A stretch of 64,000 nt of DNA from Takakia lepidozioides (taxonomy: Eukaryota; Plantae; Bryophyta). The DNA is taken from the NCBI GenBank assembly GCA_030704615.1, contig CM060733.1, positions 32,798,001 to 32,862,000 of the forward strand. Direction: 5' to 3'. The position numbers and the translations under genes are program-made. Under the pieces are notes generated by a model. The model was not told the origin of the DNA. It saw only the letters and a program-made list of their open reading frames with translations, and searched no databases. Below are positions 12,701 to 23,430 of this stretch, one piece after another; position 1 is the first letter of the stretch; each line of letters begins with the position of its first letter.

Positions 12701-13566
12701 CTCAATGCCAGAAAGTTGCAGGCTTCATTTCCACAACGTAGGTGCCAAACTCAGACTGATCTACGGAAAGACAAGTCATGAGGGTTATGTATATTGGTTG
12801 TCATAGTTCGATACCGAGGGTGTCCGTCGTGCTTCTTGTCCATCCCTTGCATGAGTCCCCCCAAATTAACCTCCACAGGACGTCAGAGGTGGCAGCTTAA
12901 AAACCACATCTCCATCAAATTTTGCGGGAAGGTATTTTGCTCTAGCAATATTTATTGTCCCCCATGCAATTCCACGCACGTCACTTCTGCAGTTTGGCAA
13001 GCCTTTCATAGACAACTTTGGAACGACGCTGCCTATCTCCTGCAAATCTGGTTCTTCGAAAGAAGATAGATGTGTTGGAGGTGGTGGAATCTCAGAGATG
13101 TCTTCATCACCGGAGCTTTCCGAGAGATCGACAAAAGCCGTCGATGTGCTGGTGTTTTTTTTTTTTTATTGTAGCAGGTGTGAAGGCCGGAGCCACCGAA
13201 GCGGCAGTTCCTGGAGTGAGTGTAGAACCTGCAGACAAACGCCGCTGATCCCCGTGCACGTGGTAAGTGCCTGCTGGAACTCTCACGGTCATCGCACACG
13301 AATGGCTCCAGAATCATCATACTGTCGACCCTACCGGCGGAGTTGTGCACTTCTTTCTCCACATGCACAGTTCCAACTTGCAGATCCAAGCTTCTACAGA
13401 GGACATCCTCTCCCACAGTTGCCATCCCATTGGCGTCTGGCACTTTGGTGAGGGGGAGAGATTTGTAAAGACAGTAGAATTTTACCAACCCTCTTGTGAG
13501 AGCCATTCGTAAAGCAGAGAAGAGTACGGGAACAGTGTCCAACAAAGTGTGCCAGCACTGGAGCAA
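9751..13566 (-). pseudogene. Inner MULE-like transposase (GCM/WRKY-like DNA-binding domain, DDE core, C-terminal SWIM); start uncertain
   Basis: MDKKHDGH...HLRCGNEAC...CKYC...HTHP; MFDHVKRV (D1), FMADSA (D2), NLSETVH (E); SWIM CTCPDF...CKHLYY. Frameshifts and a solo-LTR insertion. Confidence 0.75.
11357..12080 (+). repeat. Solo LTR of the Gypsy family inside the inner transposase
   Basis: Full LTR (first base T>A) with 5-bp TSD TGCAT (11352-11356 and 12081-12085); removal rejoins LVRRM-QPGGDLQ. Confidence 0.95.
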
Positions 13567-14668
13567 CGAGCCGTACGTCTTGGGATAGCATCAAACAACA
13601 TGATCGACGCACCCATACTGGAACGTTAGTGCCGATGCACGGCTAGGTGGATGAGCAGTTTCATTCCACTTTGCACCAGGCCATCTATCCTCATCCATCC
13701 ACATTACCCATCCGACAAGGCATCCTATGTAATCAATAACTGCTTGTATCTAACGGTTTTCTTCAGACACCAGCTGTCCAGCCACCCGTTCATTCTATCT
13801 TAAGATGTGATGTGTCATAAGTGAAGATGAAAAGCAGGTAGGATGAAATTGTTCTACTTGTTTTTCATTCATTTGTTTTGAATGAGTAGAGGACGTGGAG
13901 AAGACATCACCACCGAAGCGACAACCAAAAATTCCCCAGGAGCGTACTTCTGTTCTAAAACAACCTTATTTTAGCGCGATTCTTGACTGTTCAGGGACGA
14001 CGTGTCTTGCATGCAGATGCTCCACGCAACCCCGCCGCTTCTCCACGAAGCTGGCATCTTGGCGCAGTAGGGGAGGGGGAGAGGCAAGTGATTTTCCTCT
14101 TTCTCGCACCACTTTTTCGCTCCCTCTCTGCAATCCTGGATCCTGTCGATAGTGAGACTCCCTCTCGAGCTAGAAGAAGGCGCCGCCGAACTCTGTACTT
14201 CACATCTAGCAGACAAAGGTTGCGAGCGAAGGAGAGAATGAAGAAGATCCAAAGGGAACTCATGTTGGGAGAGGACACCGGGGTGGGACAGGCCGGAGGA
14301 GAGGGGGAGGTAGAGGCTGAAGAGAGAGAGGCCGGAGGAGCTGTTGCGCGGCAGTCTCCAGAGGGTTTAGCCGCCGTGCAGGAGGAGCCCAGCGAGCTTC
14401 AATCTTTTGAGGGTGGAGAGGAGGAACCCTGGACCCGACTCAGACAACAGTCCCCGATGGTTCGCGTAATAGAAGAGACAGCGGAGCTTGAAGTGCGTGG
14501 TTTTGTTACCCACCAGCCTGATCTTTTGGGACCGGTCCTCCTACACAAATTGAAGGAGACGAGTCAGACAGGAGGTGCGTCTTCAAGCGCTGCGAAGAAG
14601 CAAGCCGAGGTATGTATGATGTACCAGTTGCCATAGCTGAGTTTTAGTCTGTGTGATAGATCGCAATC

Positions 14669-15478
14669 AACCTTGCGTCAATGTAAGGTCGATTTGCTGG
14701 TAGCTCGAATGCTTGAATATAGACTGATTGACAAAAAGATGATTCTATCAAGAAAACCCGAATCAACCTTGCATCAACGCAAGGTTGATTCATATGATAG
14801 ACATAGACAATCGAACGAACATTGCCCTTTGAATGATTGATTTCGATCCGAATGTAGTGGCCTGGTTCTCTTTTCTTTGAAGTTTGAATGTCACAGAACA
14901 ACCTTGCGTTGACGCAAGGTTGTTTTGAATGTACTATCCATGTCTGTTTCGCCCATTCACTGTATGTTTTCCTAACGTTCCAAATCCCACAATCAACCTT
15001 GCGTCAACGCAAGGTTGGTTCGGGCTGCAGGCCTGTGTCCTTCTGAAGGGTTTTTTCGAACGGTTGAAGCTCATCAAACAACCTTGCGTTGACGCAAGGT
15101 TGTTTGAGAGCACAGCCAATGGCTCGTTTTGCCTTCACTCCGAAAATTGCCAGCCCAAGAAACAACCTTGCGTCAACGCAAGGTTGATTTGGGCTGCACT
15201 CGAGTGTCCGTCTGTAGGGTTTCTGGAACTGCTAAAGCTCATCAAACAACCTTGCGTTGACGCAAGGTAGTTTGAGAGTCTTGCCAATGTTTGTTTTCTC
15301 CTTCAACCCCACAGTTGTATGCCCCATGAAACAACCTTGCGTCAACGAAAGGTTGATTTGGGCTGCTGTTTTTGGTCTTGTGTCCTGTGTCCTGTGTCCT
15401 GAGTCCTGGCGAAGTCTATATTTAACTCCTTTCCCATTGTTGGAAGCCCCACAAACAACCTTGCGTTAACGCAAGGTT
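14669..15478. repeat. Intronic array of nine 22-bp palindromes AACCTTGCGT(CA/TG/TA)ACGCAAGGTT
   Basis: Starts at 14669, 14765, 14900, 14995, 15080, 15164, 15248, 15333, 15457. Confidence 0.95.
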
Positions 15479-17488
15479 GATTGGGGCTGCAAATGAAGGG
15501 TCATTTTCACTTGTCCCAAGGTTGTTTTGGGCCATACATCTGCATGTTTATCTGCAATTGTGTTCAATACCAGACTTCATGACTGATTGATCTTCCGTTT
15601 TCTTACAGAGGAAAAAGAAAAGGAAAGAACCTACCAGAGACGGAGGAGAGGCAGACGATGAAGATGATGAAGAAGGTGATGACGAGCATTACGTAGACAG
15701 AGCAGAGGTTGTTATCGGGGGACAGAAGGTGAACTCTTCGAAGGTCATCCTGTCCATGGAAATTCCTGGTGGAGACATCCTTATCCCACTATGCAGAATG
15801 ATATCGATGCCTGCTGTCCGGCCAACACTCAGAAATGACATAAGGAAACTTAAAAATGATTTTGTGCATGGGTATGTGAAGGGTTCTACGGTGTTCTATG
15901 TTTCCACAACTGACACGAAGGGCGAAGAGTGCCCTGTATCAGAAGAGATAAAGGAAGGTTGGGATGCATGTTGGCGTGAAGTTAACAGGGAGTTCGAGGC
16001 CAAACTATCCAAGAAGGCTTCCACGAAAGTTTTCATGGGGAAGATGTTTTTTGTGTGGGATGGAAATCACCGGTTGCTTGCCTGGATGGACTACATATCG
16101 GAATTGCACTCTGACGAAAAGGACTGGCACTGGAACGTTCATTCTATGGTTCTGGATCACAAAGGATGAATCACACAGCTGCTCACTGCCTTGCGACATC
16201 AACAAATAAGTTTTCCGAAATTGTTGTGCATTATTTGATTGCATTGCTCTGTTTGTGGTTGTTTTTTTCTTAATTGGAAAAGTGATTGCTCAATGCAGAT
16301 CAAACGAAACCTCCCACATAACAACCAACCTCTGCCACACCCTTTTTCCGGGTCCAGAAGATCGGTATGATGCCACTGGAATCGTTTGCGAACGTGTTGA
16401 GTCCAAGTCAAATGAAGAGATGCAGGGAGAAGAAGCTCATCACTTGGTATAGCCTGACAAGAGAGGCATTTCTTGACTACATGTACACGGTAAAGAAACT
16501 TAAACCGAATTGAAATTCAGACTTGTTTGTTCCCTATTTTCATTGGATGTGAACTGAAGTATCTTATATGTTGGATTGTTTGCAGCAAGAGATAGTGGAG
16601 ACAGGCTTGAAGGCGAAGGCCAAATACTACGCCACTCACGCAGAGGAGGAGAGGTCTGTTGTGGGGGTGGCGGAGGCAATCCGGTTTGAGATGGATAACC
16701 ACAGGAAGAACCTGCTGAGTGCGTTTGACAAACAAATCTGTATTGCAGATCCCGGTCTCGGCTCAGAGTTCCTGGAGCAGGTGAAAGTGCACTACGACAA
16801 GTATGAAACTAAACCCAAAATGACACAAGAGAAACTGCATCGCCTGTCCATTTCAATGATGGACACCGCAACCAAAATCAGATGGTTGGAGATTTGGAAC
16901 TCGGATCCTCTGGTGAAGGACACGTATGGGTTTCCAAGAACAGAGAAAGACCCCAAAACCAATGTGGTAAAAGTGGTGAGCGACCACTCCTTTGACCAGT
17001 GGCTTCACAAAGCTACATTCTGGAGCCAGGTGAGAGAAACCACCAATTCATTCTTGCAGTCTCCATTTTTTCATGATTCCGTGTTGCATAGCTCCATAGC
17101 CTCACATTTGCCTTGTTGGAACAGCTGGAGAGGCGTGCTATTTCAGCACTGGGAGAGTCCTTGACTGACTACAAAATCACAATGACAACACCCAAAATCT
17201 CTCTTGAGCAATACATTCGGAGATGGAAAGGTGCTATATGGAACAACTGTTTCTTCAGGGAGTTTGAAAGAGACAAAGGCATTTCCGGGTCGAATGAGTT
17301 CAAGAATCAGTACAATAGCGAGCAAGCTATGAAGCGAGTCTTGTACATGTATCATGTTTCTGCATTGTTTCTTTTCTTGGTTTTGTTTTTCCTCATCGAA
17401 TCATTCTTATGTTGTTGCAAGGCATGGTTTGGGACTGCCAATATGAGGCTACACTGATCGTCTGCCGTTCCTTTTCCAGATGCAATTT

Positions 17489-17933
17489 AACCTTGCGTCA
17501 ACGCAAGGTTGATTCGGGCTGGTGGTTCTGCACTTCTTGCACATATTTTTGTTTTGTAGTATGGTACTTCTCCAAGCATGTTCCAACCTTGCGTTGACGC
17601 AAGGTTGGATGTAGGTCATGCATAACAGTATTTTCCGAATTTTCATTGCACGTAGAGGTACATTTTCAGTTCATTCTCTTCTTGTCCACAGTCTCTTCGT
17701 TTCAAATTCTGCTTCTAAATATTCATTTGACAGACTCATTTCAACCTTGCGTTAACGCAAGGTTGTTTGAGACTTGATTTTACCTGCAGATTTAAGTTAA
17801 ACTTCAGAGCAATGTACATCCTTGCTTTGACGCAAGGCTATACTTTGCTCGTAATAGACCAATTTTGTGTTATCATTGCTGGTATCGGCAGTTTGTTGGG
17901 ATGCCTCAAACAACCTTGCGTCAACGCAAGGTT
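17489..17933. repeat. Second intronic array, five copies of the same palindrome
   Basis: Starts at 17489, 17585, 17743, about 17818 (degenerate) and 17912. Confidence 0.92.
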
Positions 17934-20287
17934 GATCGAGATACTTTGTTTTTCCAGCTTCTATGATTCTGCTAGACAATGGCCTTCACTAAATTGATCA
18001 TTTGGGTGTGTTTTCCAGGTACATTTACCATGTCCTCATTCCCGGCAAGTACCTCAGTGATGAACCGGATTTCATTTTCATGTGGGCGGACCCCACTAAG
18101 GACAAGACAATGTACACTGCTGGAATCGCGAAGGACTGGGGCAGGGCGCACTTCAGAGATTGTGGCTGGTACCTGGACTTGCCCAAGCAGGACACACCGT
18201 TCGAGGAGGTGGTCATGCGCAACTTCAATGACAATGCAGCTGCTCTTGCACCACTTAGTGACAAGGAAATTCAGGAGAGAATAATTCAAGCCCTCGCAAC
18301 AAAGGAGCCGGAGAAAAGTAGCACTCCCAAACGGAAAGGGAAGGGCGCAGGTGATGGGAAGGGTAAGGGGAAGATTGTGGCTGGGCAGGATCAGGCTGTG
18401 TAGGACACCACGGAGCGTCAACCCTCTCCAACTCGCAAAGACAGGAGAACTCCTAAAAGTAAAGAACAGCCTTACGAGGCCAGAGAGCACCCTTCTCGGG
18501 TATTGGGTCAGTATGAAAGTGAGGTGATTAACGAGAGTTTCTTGGCAATGATGGAATCCAGAAAATCCACATTCAAAGGAGAGAGATCAAAGACTTGGGA
18601 CATCCTGATTTCTTTCCTCACAAAGGTGCCCACACAAAACTTTGCCTGGTGTGTTTTTTACTTTGTTCAACATTGTGTTCTACTCCTAACTAGTCCACTA
18701 TTTGTTTATGTGGAACAGGTCACCAAAAGACCTGAATGGGTGGATGGAAGCCAGCAAGTGTATGCAACAGACCTGGTGGTCCTGGACATTCCAGATGGTC
18801 TGCGTGTGCCGGATGTCCTCCCATCGAACACAACACCATCGTGGAACAAGTCAGATGTCTTTTTCTGGCAGTGGGTTTTTTCCTTCAGCAACAAATTTTT
18901 GCTGATGCATGAGCACTTCTTCTTTTGCAGTCAAAAGACATGCTGGTGCGCATAACCCTTTTCAGTTACTTAAAAGCTTCCGGCTTTAAGGTCATCAAAA
19001 CATGGACGTGTATCAACACTCTTCCACTTTCCAAGGGAGAGTTTCCAGGACAGAGGGTGAGTTCAGGATGGTGGACTGTCTCTTCTGCTAATTTCATTCT
19101 GTTCAGTTCATTATACATGATCGTGAACTGAATGTTTTGGGGGGGCAATGCAGACTCGGGTGTTCGAGGCTTTATGCTTGGTGAGGATGTGAAAGGACAC
19201 CCCTCCCGGTATTGCGGAGTTCCAGTTGAGAGACCTTGCAGCACACATCGACCCCACCTGCGAGCCTGTGGGGGACGATGTCCTCTACAATTACGTGGAC
19301 TCTGGGCGGACCATCAAAAGGACGAATGGTGTCCCTTGGAGAGGTGCTCGGGAGAAATCTCCAGCATTCATGCAGACTCTGGTGGAGACTTGCAGCCGGC
19401 ATGGGGGGCAGGTGGTGGACTTGTCTTTGGGAACAGGTTCGCCCTGCCAAGTCTCCTGCTCTACCGTATCGATAATCTTGAATTTTGTAATGATTCTGGG
19501 TTTTTTGACTATTCGTTTTGTGCATTTGCAGGTGCAACTTTCCATGCTTGTAAGAGCGCCGGTAGACACTTCTTCGGCATGGAGGGGGATGCGGAGCTGT
19601 TTTCGTGCGAGATTCAACAACTCACCTCCGGCTCGGCATCAGCCCCACACAAGGAACCAGTTTTCGACGAACGGGAACTTCCAGATGAAGACCTCGACGT
19701 GGACTCCGACTTTGAGTGTACGTAAGTCTAGTTTGTTTTGGATGACATGTTGGATTTTTCATTGATTCAGACCTTCATTTTTGTCACAACTGCGGTCGTG
19801 TCTTTCAGCTTACTGGGCTTGCAACTTCGGGAATCTTTGCAGGACACCAAAAACAAGGAGAAGCATCCCATTCTTTGCTAACCCGGAATTTTTCCCGAGC
19901 CCAACTGCCCCCCTACGGTTGCCATGCTATGCGGAGGCTGCCGCTAGGAAGTTTACTCTCTGCGACTCCCCCCCTCTAGTTTGCTTCAATCGTGTGGAAA
20001 GTGTGGACAACAGGGCTATGGACATTAGTGCGTCGGAGTCCGGTGCTACCACAAGTTCTAGTGCATAGACATTCTCCGATTGGTTCCACCTGTTTGGGAA
20101 TATCTGGGGAATCAAATGTGGGGAGATTGCTTCTCTTCCTTCAACTGCGTGCCTCCCTTCCCAACATTGTTTACATAAGACATTTCTGGACATAAAATTT
20201 TTCATCTTCACTTCCAAGTCCATTCATACAATTTCTGTGGGTCCACAATACTTCCAGACTTTACACATACGTACGTATATTGTGCTT

Positions 20288-20502
20288 GCATCCAAAACAT
20301 AAGTCCATCCATCAACTGTCCGAAATTCTACCATTCCAAGTTTGTCGCTCCGTCATTCATCCAGTGTTCCAGCATATATCATCCGTCATTCGTCCCACAC
20401 TCAACCATCATGCATGTAACATCCAACAAACATCCATCCACCATCCATCCAATATTTCTCATCCATCCACCATTCATCCAGCGTTCATCCAACTTCACAT
20501 CC
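20288..20502 (-). repeat. Right subterminal CATCC repeats of the inner MULE
   Basis: Many CATCCA/CATTCATCC units, inverted relative to 9296-9410. Confidence 0.7.
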
Positions 20503-23138
20503 AGGTACGCATTATATTTACACTCGTTCCAATGGAAATAGGTCCCCTGGTTATCACCGTCCGCGGATGTGGGCCCCAACAACCTCTGGTGTGAGCATCT
20601 TTCCGTTCACGGATTGGCATCTTCTCGCTCGCGCATCTTCCCGCTCACGTGAGCCGCTCACGGACTAGCACCCCCCCTTTGAAAACAGTCCTGCACAGAA
20701 GACATGTCCACATCAAATACTTCCGGACTTACGCGGGCGAGTCCGCTGGCGGACTTACCCGGGCGACTTTGCCAGCGGACTGGGGCCGGCAAGTCTAGCA
20801 GGGACTTGCTTGGGCAAGTCTACTGACGGACTTGTACAGACGAGTCTGCCAGCGGACTTGCGCAGGCGAGTCTGGGAGGCACTTGCTGAGGCGAGTCTGC
20901 CAGCGGAGTAGCCCAAAGCAGCTTCTGAGCAATTTTGCATGCCAACGGTCTTATAGAAGGACATAGCAGGCGTATTTGCCTGCTAGCGGACCAACCCCAG
21001 GTTATTGTGAGAGCAACCTGAGTTTTGGAGATGATTGTGAGAGCAACGCAGAGAACTTGTTCAGTGGATCTATCGTGGGATGTGTGAGAGTCACCTAATG
21101 GCGTTTATTTCAGCATCAGCATCATCCACAATGAAGCATTGGGTCGCCAGTTGGGCATAATGCGTGGAGTGAGTCACGCAACGCTGTCGTCCACCGCACC
21201 AGGTCTGTTGTCCGATTCCTTGTGGATATGATGTACGCAACTGATATACCGTTGAGCCACTCGTCAAAAACCATCAACGTGTACAGTGAGAACTGTTCAC
21301 ATGCCGAATGTCAGTTAATACCAAGTTGGTTCCAACGTGCAAACACGTAGAAGTTGTGCATGCGAAGAAAAATAGTAAGCGTGATAAACAGTACCTTGTG
21401 ATGATTTGTCTCGAATGTTGCATCGCATGCAACGATACGAGCATGTCCCAATTGAAGCATTCTCTGCTTCTGCCAGTGAGTCTGTATGCCAATAGTGAAT
21501 GTTAAATCTCCATCGGAATGCCCGAAGGCAGGTGCCAATGTCTCCTCTTGATAGAAGAAGACTGACTTAGGGTTTTGGTCTTTCCACATGCGGACACTGT
21601 CGGCATCGTTGGCATGCTTTAATTTGAACGTTTACCACGCCCCTTTCTCAGCCAGGTTGCGGAGATCTTGCTCCAAGAGGAAATCATCACGTGTCCATGC
21701 TTTGCCCAAACCAGTGTTGTTCATGACGTGCTCTTTGTGTTCCATCATGATTTGGGCGACCCTGAGGCCTCGGCACAAACACTCAACAACCCACGCTTTC
21801 AATTCTTTGCTAATGTGGGGTGCGTAGGCCACTCGGGTGTTCCTGAACTTGGCGGTCTTCCCATGCGAGGGTTTCCCCGCGGCATCCACATGCTCCATGT
21901 CGTTGTAGTATGTGAGGACACAAATGTCCGGGGCAAGATAGGATTGCTGGACCTTGAAAGAACACAGGCACCCACGCTTGTACGACTCTCCATACTCCGA
22001 CTTCTTCCTCCTGGGGCCTTTATGCGGGTGTTGTGTGCCAACACCATCCGGTCCTCCACGCTTCTGTTTTGGATCTTGGACAGTTGTATTGATCGTGCGC
22101 TTGACGTTGGGTCCGTAGCAACATTGATAATTGTACATGAAATTCAGAATGTAAACCTATGGACTTATGGAAGTCACAATGGGTGACAAATAGAAATGAC
22201 AACAGCAACGCAGTGACAGAAGGAAATGATTATGAGGATAGTGCACACATTCTAGTACTCAAGAATGTGTTCGCTCTCGGGGCTGTTCGCTCCCACGTCC
22301 ACTTTAGTGAGCACATTTACTCAAAACTGAGTGGGGCACTCCTCCAAACTCTCTTCTCCAAGGACAAAGTCCCCAACTCTATCCCAAGGTATAACTGCCT
22401 TTTTAACATTCATTTGCACTCCCATAAGCCCATTTTGCATTTCATTCCTCCAATGGAGATCCTTCTTGTTGAAGGGTCCTGGTTTTGGCGTTTGCAAACT
22501 CTGTCGAAGAGGGCGTATAAGCGGGCTCTCAAATTGCCGCTTGTCGTCGGCTTTTGCTCCTACGTCCATGCCGTGTACAGTGTAGAACACACGCTCCAGA
22601 ACCTGCAAGGAAAGCACCGCACGGACACGATGGAGAACGTGCACGGAGAAACCGGCAGAGATTAACAGTGGATTAGCAAAGATTAGATGCTGGCAGATGG
22701 AAGGCAGCAAAGATTAGCGGTGGCATGGCGCCCTAGATTGGAGGGCCAAGATGGGCTCTCGGACGGATGGCCCCGATCTGGCTTTGGCAGCGGATTGGAT
22801 AGCAGTCTGCTGGCGCATGGCAGACCTCCCCGGCAGACTTGCCGCAGCGGACCGACCATGCGACGGACCCCGGGCGCCGGTCCAGCCGCGGCTGGGTGCG
22901 GGGGCCACGACTGTTGCAGCCGCCGCGGCACAGGCGGGCGTGGGAGATTGCGCACAGCTGCGGGCGGGTGGGGGTGCGTCCCTCGTCTGGGCGCGCGGCC
23001 GTGCTGTTAGCTCGCACGCTTGCATTCAACTTGCTATTATTATAAAATGAGAGGCGAAAACTATTTTAGCCATGAAACGCCTAGAGAAAGAAATCGAGGA
23101 TATGCGTATTAGAGATACTCGTCATACCACAATTGATT

Positions 23139-23430
23139 CATAACCGATTTTTAGAGTAGAATCGCTGACGTGGCGTGTTTCTACTGGATTTGAGGAGGGG
23201 TGCTATATGTGGTATTCTACGACCTACTAGATTTTAACTACCTACCTACCTGCTAAGGGGATGAAAACTTCATATCACAGCTCCAAATGGATATAAAACG
23301 TGGTGGTAGGTACGTACAAGGGTAAACTGACTGGCTCGCTGCCCTAAAAACCGGTTATGTCCGGTAGCGCTCGAGAGGAGCCCTGCTACCGGATATAGCA
23401 GGGAGCCAGGACCTACCTAGCCCTGTTAAT
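23139..23430. repeat. Dispersed non-coding repeat (MITE-like) shared with 42084-42407
   Basis: 23139-23245 is the reverse complement of about 42301-42407; shared hairpin CCCTGCTA-CCGGATA-TAGCAGGG. Confidence 0.8.

Larger units (their letters stand above)
13983..19725 (+). pseudogene. Multi-exon ParB/Srx-like domain plus beta-class N4/N6 DNA methyltransferase gene, disrupted; start uncertain
   Basis: VWDGNHRLLAW (DGNHR at 16059-16073); DLVVLDIPD (motif IV position, DIPD at 18785-18796); REKSPAFMQTLVETCSRHGGQVVDLSLGTG^ATFHACKSAGRHFFGMEGD (motifs X, I, II; intron 19437-19531). The in-phase GT-AG intron 14610-15608 links the first two exons. Confidence 0.8.
9066..20676. mobile_element. Inner Mutator-like element (11.6 kb) carrying a transposase and a ParB-methyltransferase gene
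   Basis: Exact 9-bp TSD CTTTGAAAA (9057-9065 and 20677-20685). TIRs GAGGGAAGCTAGCGCGTGAGCG versus GGGGGGTGCTAGTCCGTGAGCG (17/22). Removing it restores the outer transposase frame. Confidence 0.92.
7858..22569 (-). pseudogene. Outer MULE-SWIM transposase (resembles the At4g13970/At1g60560 type), split by the inner element
   Basis: N-terminal half at 22569-20686: IPWDRVGDFVLGEE, RGCLCSF, ACDATFETN (D1), FIVDDADAE (D2). C-terminal half at 9056-7858: CLWH, TNASIEAYHGNLK (E), SWIM CTCPWAMKGNLCKH. Confidence 0.88.

Noticed and set aside
14669-17933. CRISPR array interpretation of the palindromes
   Set aside because: Spacers are long, variable and partly copies of one another; repeats alternate orientation; no cas genes; they lie in spliceosomal introns.
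13983-19725. Bacterial or phage contamination as the source of the ParB-MTase
   Set aside because: It has GT-AG introns and lies inside a TSD-bounded element that also contains a plant LTR.
22680-23050. Overlapping GC-rich ORFs and a possible right TIR of the outer MULE
   Set aside because: The ORFs are low-complexity products of GC content; no partner TIR or TSD is visible in the window.
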